Source: Bacteroidota bacterium (GTDB taxonomy: Bacteria; Bacteroidota; Bacteroidia; NS11-12g; UBA955). Taken from it: a DNA stretch of 64,000 bases. Below are positions 38,100-47,160 of the stretch, piece after piece; position 1 is the stretch's first letter; the number at the start of each line of letters is the position of its first letter. Position numbers and translations under genes: made by a program. The stretch lies in the NCBI GenBank assembly GCA_030833525.1, contig JAURGZ010000002.1, forward strand, positions 3,927 through 67,926. Reading direction: 5' to 3'. The notes under the pieces are model-generated. The model ran no database searches. It worked only from the letters and a program-made list of their open reading frames with translations, and was not told where the DNA came from.

Positions 38100-38999
38100 A
38101 TGGATGCTTCTACCTTGATGAACGGCATACGGCAAGGCGATCAGCGCGCCTTGGCGCGCGGCATCAGTTGGGTAGAAAATCAGCACCCTCAGGGCCTGGA
38201 GTTGCTGAAGTTGACAGGCAAAAAAGTGCCTCTCATTGGCATAACGGGAGCCCCGGGAGCTGGCAAGAGCAGCTTGGTCAATGCCTTGGTTAGCCATTGG
38301 GTAAGCAAGGGTTACCGCGTGGCCATCTTGGCCATTGACCCCTCATCTCCCTTTCATTTAGGAGCCTTGCTCGGCGATCGGCTGCGCATGCCTGGGCTGT
38401 TTTTGGAAGAATCGGTTTTCATTCGAAGCATTGCCGCTCGCGGATCTTTGGGCGGGCTCAGCGCCAGCATCATGGAGGTCTGTGATTTGGTCCAAGAAGG
38501 CCCTTTTGATCGCATCATCGTTGAAACCGTTGGCGTTGGACAAAGCGAGATTGAAATCGCCGGATTAGCCGATACCACCCTGGTCCTCACCGTTCCAGAA
38601 GGAGGCGATGATGTACAAGCCCTCAAAAGCGGCGTCATGGAAATTGCCGATGTTTTTGCAGTAAACAAATGCGACAGACCGGGCTCAGAGGCCATGCTGC
38701 GTCATTTGCGCGAGCTGGCTCATACGCATGCCCAGTCAAGTTGGGAAGTGCCTGTTATTGGAACAGTAGCCACTCAAGGAGAAGGCATTGAGGCCTTGGA
38801 TGAAGCCCTTGAATCGCACCGCAAATCAGGACATATTTCAGCCAAGAAGCAGCATTTGCTCATGGAAAAGGCCTATCAGCTCATTCAGCGCAACCGCATG
38901 CGCGGTGTTCACAAAGAAATTTTAAAGAAACAATTGGCCTCTGCTCAAACAAAGCCCGGGTTTAATTTGTATGATTTTGTGAACAATTACGACGCATGA
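38100..38999 (+). CDS. meaB: MeaB/ArgK-family G-protein chaperone (methylmalonyl-CoA-mutase-associated GTPase family)
   Basis: P-loop GITGAPGAGKSSL. Switch motif ETVGVGQSE. NKCD guanine-specificity motif. 299 aa. Confidence 0.8.
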   Translation: MDASTLMNGIRQGDQRALARGISWVENQHPQGLELLKLTGKKVPLIGITGAPGAGKSSLVNALVSHWVSKGYRVAILAIDPSSPFHLGALLGDRLRMPGLFLEESVFIRSIAARGSLGGLSASIMEVCDLVQEGPFDRIIVETVGVGQSEIEIAGLADTTLVLTVPEGGDDVQALKSGVMEIADVFAVNKCDRPGSEAMLRHLRELAHTHAQSSWEVPVIGTVATQGEGIEALDEALESHRKSGHISAKKQHLLMEKAYQLIQRNRMRGVHKEILKKQLASAQTKPGFNLYDFVNNYDA

Positions 39000-39574
39000 A
39001 CATTGCCATTCTCAGCACTTCTTCCAGAGCTCATTCCAATACAGCCCGTGTAGGAAAAGCCATTGAGCACTACTTTGAGAACCATCCCGAAAAGCACCTC
39101 ATTTTCAGGCCTGACTTCACCCAATACGACATTCCATTTTTCAATGAAGCCTACCTGGACCCCCAAAAGCTCAGTTCTTTTCAGCAAGAAGTAGTGGATG
39201 CACTTACCCAGAGCCAATTGGTCTTTTTCTTATCGCCCGAATACAATTGGTTCCCCAGTGCTGAAGCGGTGAATTTATTGCACCAATTGGGCAACCGTAT
39301 ATTCTTGTCCTGTTGGGAAAACAAAACCTGGGCAACCGTAGGAATTAGCAGCGGTCGAGGCGGTCGAATTCCATCCGTTCAACTGGGCTATGTTTTGAAT
39401 AAAATCATCGGGCATCTCGGAGCATTCAGCCAAGTGTCAGCGAAAAACTTCGAAAGTCAATTCACACCGCATGTCTTGGATGAACAAGGTCTTTCCCTTG
39501 GAAATCAAGAATACGACCAAGGATTGGAGTCCTTCTTGATCTACAATTACGAACTCGCGAAAAGATTAGGCTAA
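38996..39574 (+). CDS. NAD(P)H-dependent FMN reductase-like flavoprotein (flavodoxin fold)
   Basis: MNIAILSTSSRAHSNTARVG N-terminus typical of NADPH-dependent FMN reductases. ATG overlaps the meaB TGA (ATGA). Confidence 0.65.
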   Translation: MNIAILSTSSRAHSNTARVGKAIEHYFENHPEKHLIFRPDFTQYDIPFFNEAYLDPQKLSSFQQEVVDALTQSQLVFFLSPEYNWFPSAEAVNLLHQLGNRIFLSCWENKTWATVGISSGRGGRIPSVQLGYVLNKIIGHLGAFSQVSAKNFESQFTPHVLDEQGLSLGNQEYDQGLESFLIYNYELAKRLG

Positions 39575-39579
39575 ACCGC

Positions 39580-42048
39580 TTAGGGCTTGATCAACACAGT
39601 ACCCTGCCCTTCAATGGACAACCAGTACAAGCCCGGTTTCAAAGCTGAAGCAGAAATGCTCATTTGTTTGGAGAGGGCAACCCCTTCTTGGCAAATTTGA
39701 CCTTTGGCGTCAAACAAAGTCCAGGTCCGGGCGCGGTTGTTGCCGAATGTCACGTTCCAAATTTCAGAACTGGGATTGGGATAAACCTCAAAAGCCAAAG
39801 GCGTCATGTCGGTGCGGCTCGCCAACAAATCAGCTAAGGTAACCGTACAAACACCCGATGATTCCAAGAATCGCGAATCAAAATCAACCCAAGCGATGTT
39901 GTCTATTTCTTGATTGAGACTCAGTTTTTGGGTCAAATCGACTTGATATTCCACGAAACCGCCAGCCGACGCACTGTTGCTTTCCAACGAAGACAAATTG
40001 GCTTCAGGAAACTCTACCACCAAAATGCGCCCTTGAACAATGCTCAAATTAGCTTTCAAGGGATAGTGATTCGTCACCAACAATCGCTTCAGGGGCAGAT
40101 TGGCGTCTAGGGTATCGATCATGACCGCGCGTTTCACAAAACCGCTGGAGGTATTCAGGAAGTCTACGCGGTAATTCCATGAAGTAAGTCGGTAATCAAT
40201 CGTTTCCCCGCCTTGGCTCTTTTTGCTCACAGATGGAGGCAATTGGCCACCCTCTGCAGGCCCCATGAGCAAGGTATCTTGGTTATCAGCCGCCCATTTG
40301 TCGTCTTTGGTAAAGAAACTGCCCACGTGAATCTGCACAGATTTGGGCGATCCTGTTTCGGCATCGGGGGCAATTTTCAGTTCTGCCTCATACACCATTT
40401 TAGCAAAAGGAGCCAGATTGACCAGCGTAAAGACGGCTTGACTACCATCGTAGTTGCTAGGACTGGGATTGCTTTGGAACTGGGTCAAAGCGGCATCGTG
40501 CTGAACATGCAAGGTAGGACCTGTCAAGGTAGACGCACCGTGGTTTTGAGCCACAATCAGGAAACGTGCCGACTCCCCTGCCTGATTCGTTTGAGGACTC
40601 AAAGGCACCAAATGCACTTCCAAGTCTTGGATGCTGGGCTGCTGGTAATAGCCCAAGCTGGTAGAAGCATACATGCCCTGACGAATGCGGGAAGTTTGGT
40701 TGTTGGAACAAACCGAATATAAATGGCGACCTGGCTGCAAACTGATTTGATAATCGCCAGCCGGCAAGGCTACCGAGAAATGCCCTTGGTCATCAGTAAT
40801 GGCAAAAAAGATGGAGCCCGTCGCTTTGTTTTCCAAGCGAATGGGACAAGTGGGAATGCCGACTTCACTGCTTTCTTTGCTGCAATTGGAGTTGGCATCG
40901 AAATACACATCTCCCACCAAATTACCTGCTTCGTTTTCCAAATTAGAGAAATAGCGAATGCCAGTATTTTGTTCTGTAAAATCGCCCCATATGAAAGCAT
41001 CATCGCCGCGTTGACCCAATTGAAAGGTCCCCGAAATGCGATTTCCTGTTAAAGCCAAGGCACCTGATTCATAGCGAATCAAAGAAGATCCGTTACCGTC
41101 TTTTTCGAACTGGCCGCCAATCATCAAATAGTCGGGCGCACCGGCAATGGTTCGGGGTTCAGCGATGCTGAAGGAATCGAATCCCAATGCATCTGACCAC
41201 CCTGTACCGATAAACTTACGAATCTCGTAATCACTACTGGCACTCTGGCCCAAAGCGTAAATCTCTGTGCCGACTGTCGCAAAATCAAGAACTTCACCGC
41301 TGAAGGGCGAACCGATCCCGCCCCATTCACCGTTGGAAGCCGTGTAATAAGCGATGTTCCCGGTAAAAGTGCTGGCAAAATATTGAAAATCACCGGCGAT
41401 GTACAAGCGAGAGCCCAAAACCAATAGGCTCTTGATGGTTCCATCGGTGCCTTGTTCTGAGCTTGAACTTCCCAAATAGGACCAACTCGTCCCGTCAAAG
41501 GCAGCGATGTTTTGAACGTCTACACCGTCTACCTGATTGGTAAAACGACCGGCCACAATCAACTTATTGTCGTAAACGGTCATGGCCATGATGCCATAAT
41601 TGGTCGATGCGATCCCATTCACTTGAAGCCACTGGTTGTCGTCCCAACGGTACAAATGGCTAATGGCCGTGGTGGCATCTTGCGCTGCCCCCGCAATGTA
41701 AGCGGCGGCATATAAGGTATCGTGGTACAAAACCACGCTGTGGAAATTGTAACTGCCTTGGGTGCCTTCTACCAATGGTGGGGTCGTCAGACCTGGGAAA
41801 TAGGTCCAGTGCACACCGTCCCAAGAGGCGGCGGTAAAGTCATTGTTATCAGGGGTAGACGTTTCATCGAAGAGCACGACATACTCGTTGCCCGCCGCGT
41901 ACGATGCTACAACCTTACCGGGTACACCATTCCCCAGCGGTTGTAGCACCTGCGCATTGGCCCCCATTGTCCAAACGCAAGCAAGCAGGAAAAATCCGAG
42001 CTTACTCATGCCTAGCAAGATAGGGTTGATGAAACACAATTTTCTCAT
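39580..42048 (-). CDS. Secreted repeat protein with T9SS type-A C-terminal sorting domain (Por secretion tail)
   Basis: Signal peptide (FFLLACVWTMGANAQ). Repeated beta-propeller-like segments (YAAAYIAG, IVAGRF, YIAGDF, MIGGQF). C-terminus YPNPSSEIWNVTF...LFDAKGQ...LKPGLYWLSIEGQ matches the type-A CTD. ATG at 42048 overlaps the upstream TGA. Confidence 0.7.
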   Translation of the reverse strand: MRKLCFINPILLGMSKLGFFLLACVWTMGANAQVLQPLGNGVPGKVVASYAAGNEYVVLFDETSTPDNNDFTAASWDGVHWTYFPGLTTPPLVEGTQGSYNFHSVVLYHDTLYAAAYIAGAAQDATTAISHLYRWDDNQWLQVNGIASTNYGIMAMTVYDNKLIVAGRFTNQVDGVDVQNIAAFDGTSWSYLGSSSSEQGTDGTIKSLLVLGSRLYIAGDFQYFASTFTGNIAYYTASNGEWGGIGSPFSGEVLDFATVGTEIYALGQSASSDYEIRKFIGTGWSDALGFDSFSIAEPRTIAGAPDYLMIGGQFEKDGNGSSLIRYESGALALTGNRISGTFQLGQRGDDAFIWGDFTEQNTGIRYFSNLENEAGNLVGDVYFDANSNCSKESSEVGIPTCPIRLENKATGSIFFAITDDQGHFSVALPAGDYQISLQPGRHLYSVCSNNQTSRIRQGMYASTSLGYYQQPSIQDLEVHLVPLSPQTNQAGESARFLIVAQNHGASTLTGPTLHVQHDAALTQFQSNPSPSNYDGSQAVFTLVNLAPFAKMVYEAELKIAPDAETGSPKSVQIHVGSFFTKDDKWAADNQDTLLMGPAEGGQLPPSVSKKSQGGETIDYRLTSWNYRVDFLNTSSGFVKRAVMIDTLDANLPLKRLLVTNHYPLKANLSIVQGRILVVEFPEANLSSLESNSASAGGFVEYQVDLTQKLSLNQEIDNIAWVDFDSRFLESSGVCTVTLADLLASRTDMTPLAFEVYPNPSSEIWNVTFGNNRARTWTLFDAKGQICQEGVALSKQMSISASALKPGLYWLSIEGQGTVLIKP

Positions 42049-43298
42049 GGGCGGCCTCCTTTCAAAGACCAAATCAACTGGGTACTCAAACCCGCAGACC
42101 ACGCATGGGCCTTGACGGCAGAACCCGCTTGATACAAAGGCGTCATAGCGCCTTGCATATTTCCAAGAATGGACCAACTCAAACCCGGGCGCAATTCACG
42201 CTCCCAACCGGCGGCCACTCGAGCCGACAAGAACCAGGTTTGGAATGCATCGTCAGACCAATCTTCCAAAGTCAAATAATGGTAATTCAAGGTTTTTCCA
42301 CCCTGCCCCGAAATGAGGTTGGCTTGCAGTTGAGCATCCATGACCCAGTTTCCATGTCGACCCGCTTCAGGACGGAAAGACAACCCTATAGGAATGCTCA
42401 AGAAATTCAAGGTGCTTTGGCCTTGGTATTGCACCCTTGGCCCCGGACTGAGGTAACCGAAAATGGGATAATTCCCAAAGGCATCGGCAACCGTTCCAAC
42501 CGCTGAACTGGCGGGCATGCTATCTTGAAAATCAAAAGACTGGCCACGGCGATTTTGCGCCCAAGCCAAACCCGCGTGCAAGCGTAAATGTTCTTGAATA
42601 TCGCGTTGAACGGAAAAAGAAAGGCGAGCGCTTTGCAAACTAAATTCGCCTTGCTGCACGCGATCAAAATAATTTTTATGTATGTAGGAAGAACGCACAG
42701 GAACGGCCGAATACAGAATACCTGTTTGGTTTTGGTCGAACCCGACCTCGAGATACCAGGGACCTTTATCAGATCGCTGCGAATCTCGAGGTGCGGATAC
42801 CACCAATTGATTCTGTAAAAACGGTTCCAAGCGAAACACTCGAATGGATAAGGCCTTGGAATAAGGTTCGAAAACAGGAGGCAAAAGCCCCTGGTAAACC
42901 TCACCTACCCCTGAGGTAGATGCCAAGGAAGAAGAAGGAAAAGTTGAAGGAATAGGTGCGCGGTACAAACCCACATTAGCCTCATGCTCAGCACTACCCG
43001 CAGAAACCGATTGTTCTGGGGAAGGCGCTATCACCGGGCTCTGGGATTCAACCAATGCAGGGCCTTGGGCACCTGATTCGCTCACTGCGCTCGAGGAAAC
43101 GGAGTGGCTAGCCACCCAAACCCCCAAACTCACCACGGCGATGCTCGCAGCAGACACCCATGCCCACAAGGGGAAGCGGCGCTTACGAGCATCCATTTTC
43201 GCCTCAATGGCCTCCCACATTTCGGGAGCAGGCGTAAGTTCAACTCCTTCGAGTTGTTGCTTCAGCCATTCATCGATATGCGAATTGTCGCGGTTCAT
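42045..43298 (-). CDS. Putative anti-sigma factor: short cytoplasmic N-terminus, one TM helix, Ser/Pro-rich linker, ~250-aa beta-rich C-terminal domain
   Basis: ATGA-coupled directly downstream of the ECF sigma factor. TM segment WAWVSAASIAVVSLGVWVA about 45 aa from the N-terminus. The C-terminal domain has alternating hydrophobic patterning. The anti-sigma role is assigned from context, not from a recognised motif. Confidence 0.5.
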   Translation of the reverse strand: MNRDNSHIDEWLKQQLEGVELTPAPEMWEAIEAKMDARKRRFPLWAWVSAASIAVVSLGVWVASHSVSSSAVSESGAQGPALVESQSPVIAPSPEQSVSAGSAEHEANVGLYRAPIPSTFPSSSLASTSGVGEVYQGLLPPVFEPYSKALSIRVFRLEPFLQNQLVVSAPRDSQRSDKGPWYLEVGFDQNQTGILYSAVPVRSSYIHKNYFDRVQQGEFSLQSARLSFSVQRDIQEHLRLHAGLAWAQNRRGQSFDFQDSMPASSAVGTVADAFGNYPIFGYLSPGPRVQYQGQSTLNFLSIPIGLSFRPEAGRHGNWVMDAQLQANLISGQGGKTLNYHYLTLEDWSDDAFQTWFLSARVAAGWERELRPGLSWSILGNMQGAMTPLYQAGSAVKAHAWSAGLSTQLIWSLKGGRP

Positions 43299-43900
43299 TT
43301 CTTTCTTTTCTTCAGTTCTTCTTTCAGCATTTTCCGCCCGCGGCTCAGCAAGGTTTTGGCGTTCCCTTCGCTGACCCCCATCAGCTCAGCAATTTCTCGG
43401 TGAGGCAATTGGTCAATGGCGTAGAGGTTCAATACCGTTGCGTAGGTCGGTGGCAAGGCGTGCAAGCAAGCCAACACCTCAGAGAGTTCCAAAACCGGCA
43501 GCGGCTCAGAAGTCTCTTCTTCTGACAACTGATCCGACTCTGGCAACTCTTGAAACTGTGGGCCGCTTCGCTCTTTGCGGTAACGACTTAGCGCCAAGTT
43601 GATGAACACCCGGGTCATCCATCCTTCCAATTGCTGGGGATTTTTTAGGGCAGAAATGCTGTCAAAGACCTTGATGAAACCGTCTTGCAGCAAATCTTGC
43701 GCGTCATCCGTATTCCCGGAGTAGCGCAAGCAATGTCCAAACATTTTGGGGGCGAAGCGGTCGTACAAAGCCTTTTGGAATTGACGATCGCCTTTGATAC
43801 ACCCAGCTATGAGGACATCGTTGCTGATCAAGGGTTTCGGATTAATGACGCAGAAAGTAGTAAAGGTTACAAAAAAATATAGCGAACGCGAAGAAAACAT
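43295..43900 (-). CDS. RNA polymerase ECF-type sigma-70 factor
   Basis: Region 2 (FQKALYDRFAPKMFGHCLRYSGNTDDAQDLLQDGFIKVF) and region 4 HTH (ATVLNLYAIDQLPHREIAELMGVSEGNAKTLLSRGRKMLKEEL). An alternative TTG start at 43831 would give a typical 178-aa ECF protein. Confidence 0.8.
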   Translation of the reverse strand: MFSSRSLYFFVTFTTFCVINPKPLISNDVLIAGCIKGDRQFQKALYDRFAPKMFGHCLRYSGNTDDAQDLLQDGFIKVFDSISALKNPQQLEGWMTRVFINLALSRYRKERSGPQFQELPESDQLSEEETSEPLPVLELSEVLACLHALPPTYATVLNLYAIDQLPHREIAELMGVSEGNAKTLLSRGRKMLKEELKKRKK

Positions 43901-43924
43901 GCGAAAAGCCCATTTTTCGGGTAT

Positions 43925-43932
43925 TATTTTTG
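43925..43932 (+). promoter_or_regulatory. -7 promoter box TATTTTTG, 9 nt upstream of the E1 gene's ATG
   Basis: Reads TATTTTTGgctcaacccATG. Confidence 0.35.
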
Positions 43933-43941
43933 GCTCAACCC

Positions 43942-45915
43942 ATGAAGTTTGATCGCCGAGACCTGAGCCCCGAAGAATTGTTGCAATTGTATCGTGCGTT
44001 AATCAAACCGCGGGTCATAGAAGAGCGCATGCTCGTGTTGCTGCGTCAAGGGAAAATTGGAAAGTGGTTTTCGGGCATAGGCCAAGAAGCCATCTCGGTA
44101 GGCATTACCTGTGCGCTCAAACCCGAAGAATACATCATGCCGCTGCACCGAAATTTGGGAGTATTCACAACTCGCGGCATCCCCTATCAAAAGTTATTTG
44201 CTCAATGGCAAGGGAAAGAATCGGGATTCACCAAGGGGCGAGATCGCAGCTTTCACTTTGGAACCCAAGAGTACCGCATCGTGGGCATGATCAGCCATTT
44301 GGGAGCCATGCTCGGGGTTGCCAATGGAACAGCTTTGGCAGCCAAAATGGCCAAGCGCCCTGAAATTTCAGTTGCCTTTTCGGGAGATGGCGGCGCCTCT
44401 GAGGGCGACTTTCACGAAGCCCTGAATACCGCTGCCGTATGGAATCTGCCCGTTTTGTTTGTCATTGAAAACAACGGTTATGGACTCAGCACCCCCAGCC
44501 AGGATCAGTTTCGTTGCAAACAATTCATAGACAAAGGAATTGGCTACGGCATGGAGGCCCATCAAGTCGATGGGAATAACATATTGGAAGTCTACCACAA
44601 GGCTTGCGAGTTGAGCGAATCCATGCGCAGCCATCCGCGCCCGATTTTGCTCGAATGCATGACCTTTCGCATGCGGGGACACGAAGAGGCCTCGGGAACG
44701 AAATACGTACCCCAACACTTGTTCGATGAATGGGCGGTCAAAGACCCCATTCGCAATTTCAAGCAGTACCTGCTGGACGAAGGCATTGCCCAAGAATCGC
44801 AACTCAACCAGTGGGAAAACGAAATGTTGGCCGAACTCAACGAAGCGGTAGAACGGGTATTCGAAGAAGCAGAACCCCAGTCCAACCCTGAGCGTGAATT
44901 AGCCGATGTATACGCTCCTGTAACCGTTCCCACCACCCCAGCAGGTAGCCAAAGCCGGGAACTTCGTCTGGTCGATGCGGTTCAAGATGGCCTCAAAGAA
45001 GCCATGCGCAAACACCCCAACTTGGTTTTGATGGGGCAAGACATCGCCGAGTACGGCGGTGTATTCAAGATAACAGAGGGATTTCTGTCTGAATTCGGTT
45101 CTGAGCGCGTGCGCAATACGCCCATTACCGAAAGTTCCATCGTCGGCGCCGCTTATGGTCTCGCCATTAGCGGGCACAAAGCCATGGTTGAAATGCAATT
45201 CTCAGATTTCGTAAGCTGTGCGTTCAACCAGATTGCCAACAACCTAGCCAAAAGCCATTATCGGTGGCAGCAGGCCGCTGATGTGGTCGTGCGAATGCCG
45301 ACCGGAGCCGGTGTTCAGGCCGGGCCCTTTCACAGCCAAAGCACTGAATCTTGGTTCTACCACATACCGGGTCTAAAAATCTATTACCCCTCGAACCCCG
45401 CCGATGCCAAGGGCCTACTCTTGCGGGCATTCGAAGATCCCAATCCCGTCTTGTTTTTCGAGCACAAATACCTGTACCGCAGCTTGACTGGTCCCGTACC
45501 CGAAGGTTATTACAGTTTGGAAGAAGGGCAAGCCCGGGTGCACGATTTGGGCCGTGACGCCTGCATCATCACCTACGGCTGGGGGGTCCATCAGGCCTTA
45601 GCCGCCGCTGAGAAAAACCAATGGCCCATACAGGTCATTGATTTGTGCACCTTGTTGCCTTGGGACAAAGAGCGCGTCAAACAAGCCGTTCAAGATTGCG
45701 GAAAAGTCTTGCTATTGGGCGAAGCCACCGAAACAGGTTCTTTGTTGAGCGACATTTCGGCTTGGATTGCCGAGCATGCATTTGAGCATTTGGATGCCCC
45801 GATCGTGCGCTTGGGCAGTCTCGACACTCCCATTCCCTTGGCCAAGAATCTAGAAGACGGATTCCTACCTTGGCAGCGATTGGAAGCTGCCATGCGTGAT
45901 TTGTTGGCCTATTGA
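43942..45915 (+). CDS. Fused 2-oxo-acid dehydrogenase E1 component (alpha and beta subunits in one polypeptide; TPP-dependent)
   Basis: Alpha-subunit TPP motif (GDGGASEGDFHEALN...NNGYG) followed by a transketolase-like beta subunit (MGQDIAEYGGVFKIT...). 658 aa. No E2 or E3 gene adjacent. ATG at 43942 preferred over the TTG at 43930. Confidence 0.85.
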   Translation: MKFDRRDLSPEELLQLYRALIKPRVIEERMLVLLRQGKIGKWFSGIGQEAISVGITCALKPEEYIMPLHRNLGVFTTRGIPYQKLFAQWQGKESGFTKGRDRSFHFGTQEYRIVGMISHLGAMLGVANGTALAAKMAKRPEISVAFSGDGGASEGDFHEALNTAAVWNLPVLFVIENNGYGLSTPSQDQFRCKQFIDKGIGYGMEAHQVDGNNILEVYHKACELSESMRSHPRPILLECMTFRMRGHEEASGTKYVPQHLFDEWAVKDPIRNFKQYLLDEGIAQESQLNQWENEMLAELNEAVERVFEEAEPQSNPERELADVYAPVTVPTTPAGSQSRELRLVDAVQDGLKEAMRKHPNLVLMGQDIAEYGGVFKITEGFLSEFGSERVRNTPITESSIVGAAYGLAISGHKAMVEMQFSDFVSCAFNQIANNLAKSHYRWQQAADVVVRMPTGAGVQAGPFHSQSTESWFYHIPGLKIYYPSNPADAKGLLLRAFEDPNPVLFFEHKYLYRSLTGPVPEGYYSLEEGQARVHDLGRDACIITYGWGVHQALAAAEKNQWPIQVIDLCTLLPWDKERVKQAVQDCGKVLLLGEATETGSLLSDISAWIAEHAFEHLDAPIVRLGSLDTPIPLAKNLEDGFLPWQRLEAAMRDLLAY

Positions 45916-46048
45916 TCCGCGGGACGCGATTCCGTCACCAACACCGTTTAAACCCCGGCGACGCCGTAACAAGCAAGAAACATTGAATAATCAGACTGTG
46001 CCGCCCATGATCAGGCCGGTATCCTTGAGCACTGAAACAACGCCTGCG

Positions 46049-47149
46049 TTAAACGTTGAATCTGAAGTGCATGCAATCGCCATCGGCCACTACATATTCT
46101 TTGCCTTCAACCCTCAACTTCCCTGTATCGCGGCAAGCTGCTTCACTGCCCAATTCTACAAAATCGGCATAGGCAATGACTTCTGCCCGAATGAAGCCTT
46201 TTTCAAAATCCGTATGAATCACACCCGCGGCTTGGGGTGCTTTCGTGCCTTTGGTAATGGTCCAAGCGCGAACCTCTTTAACACCTGCGGTGAAATAGGT
46301 GATGTAATTCAACAAATCGTAGGCCGCGTGTATCAACTTTTCGGTACCGCTTTGCTCCAAGCCCATTTCGCTCAAAAACAATTGGCGATCTTCAAAAGAC
46401 TCCAATTCAGCAATTTCAGCTTCGATCGCGGCTGAGATCATAAGCAACCCCGCTTCTTCATCTTTGATCAGCTCGCGCACCTGGTCTACGTAGGCATTTC
46501 CCGTATTGACGCTGTTGGGATCGACGTTGCACACATAGAGTACAGGTTTGTCTGTAAGCAGTTGCATGTCGTGAATCAAACGGCGCTTTTCTTTGTCCAT
46601 CGACAAGGAACGGGCGTTTTTACCTTGCATCAAATGGTCGCGAAAAGCTTCGCAAACCTCCAACATGCGGGCTGCATCTTTATCGCCACCGGTACGGGCC
46701 ACTTTGGCAATGCGCGAGATTTTATTCTCGAGGGTTTCCAAATCTTTGAGCTGGAGCTCTGTATCGATGATTTCTTTGTCTCGAACAGGATTGACCGAAC
46801 CATCTACATGAATGATGTTATCGTCATCAAAGCAGCGCAGCACATGCAAAATGGCATGGGTAGAACGAATGTTTCCCAAAAATTGGTTGCCCAATCCATC
46901 GCCTTTGGAGGCCCCTTTCACCAAACCTGCGATGTCGACGATTTCGATGGTGGTAGGAACCAAATTCTGCGGATTCACCAAGGCCGCTAATTTATTCATG
47001 CGCACATCGGGTACCGTAATGGTTCCCACGTTGGGTTCAATCGTACAGAAAGGGAAATTGGCGCTTTGGGCTTTGGCCGAAGAAACCGCGTTAAATAGGG
47101 TGGATTTTCCTACGTTAGGAAGACCCACAATACCGCATTGCATGGACAT
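46049..47149 (-). CDS. ychF: Ribosome-binding ATPase YchF
   Basis: MSMQCGIVGLPNVGKSTLFN N-terminus. NxxD and TGS domain. 366 aa. Confidence 0.9.
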   Translation of the reverse strand: MSMQCGIVGLPNVGKSTLFNAVSSAKAQSANFPFCTIEPNVGTITVPDVRMNKLAALVNPQNLVPTTIEIVDIAGLVKGASKGDGLGNQFLGNIRSTHAILHVLRCFDDDNIIHVDGSVNPVRDKEIIDTELQLKDLETLENKISRIAKVARTGGDKDAARMLEVCEAFRDHLMQGKNARSLSMDKEKRRLIHDMQLLTDKPVLYVCNVDPNSVNTGNAYVDQVRELIKDEEAGLLMISAAIEAEIAELESFEDRQLFLSEMGLEQSGTEKLIHAAYDLLNYITYFTAGVKEVRAWTITKGTKAPQAAGVIHTDFEKGFIRAEVIAYADFVELGSEAACRDTGKLRVEGKEYVVADGDCMHFRFNV

Positions 47150-47160
47150 AGGTTCAGTGA

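Noticed and set aside
45916-46048. Intrinsic terminator between convergent E1 (+) and ychF (-)
   Set aside because: Only weak, short inverted repeats (e.g. AACGC-ct-GCGTT) with no adjacent T-runs. Nothing that meets even loose terminator criteria.
45896-46435. 179-aa ORF on the plus strand, and the other long antisense ORFs (e.g. 2482..2943, 9245..9883, 26567..27325, 28689..29480)
   Set aside because: Each lies entirely inside, and antisense to, a well-supported gene (ychF, susC, secDF, adhesin, TonB-dependent receptor). None has a recognisable motif. They are typical GC-driven spurious ORFs.
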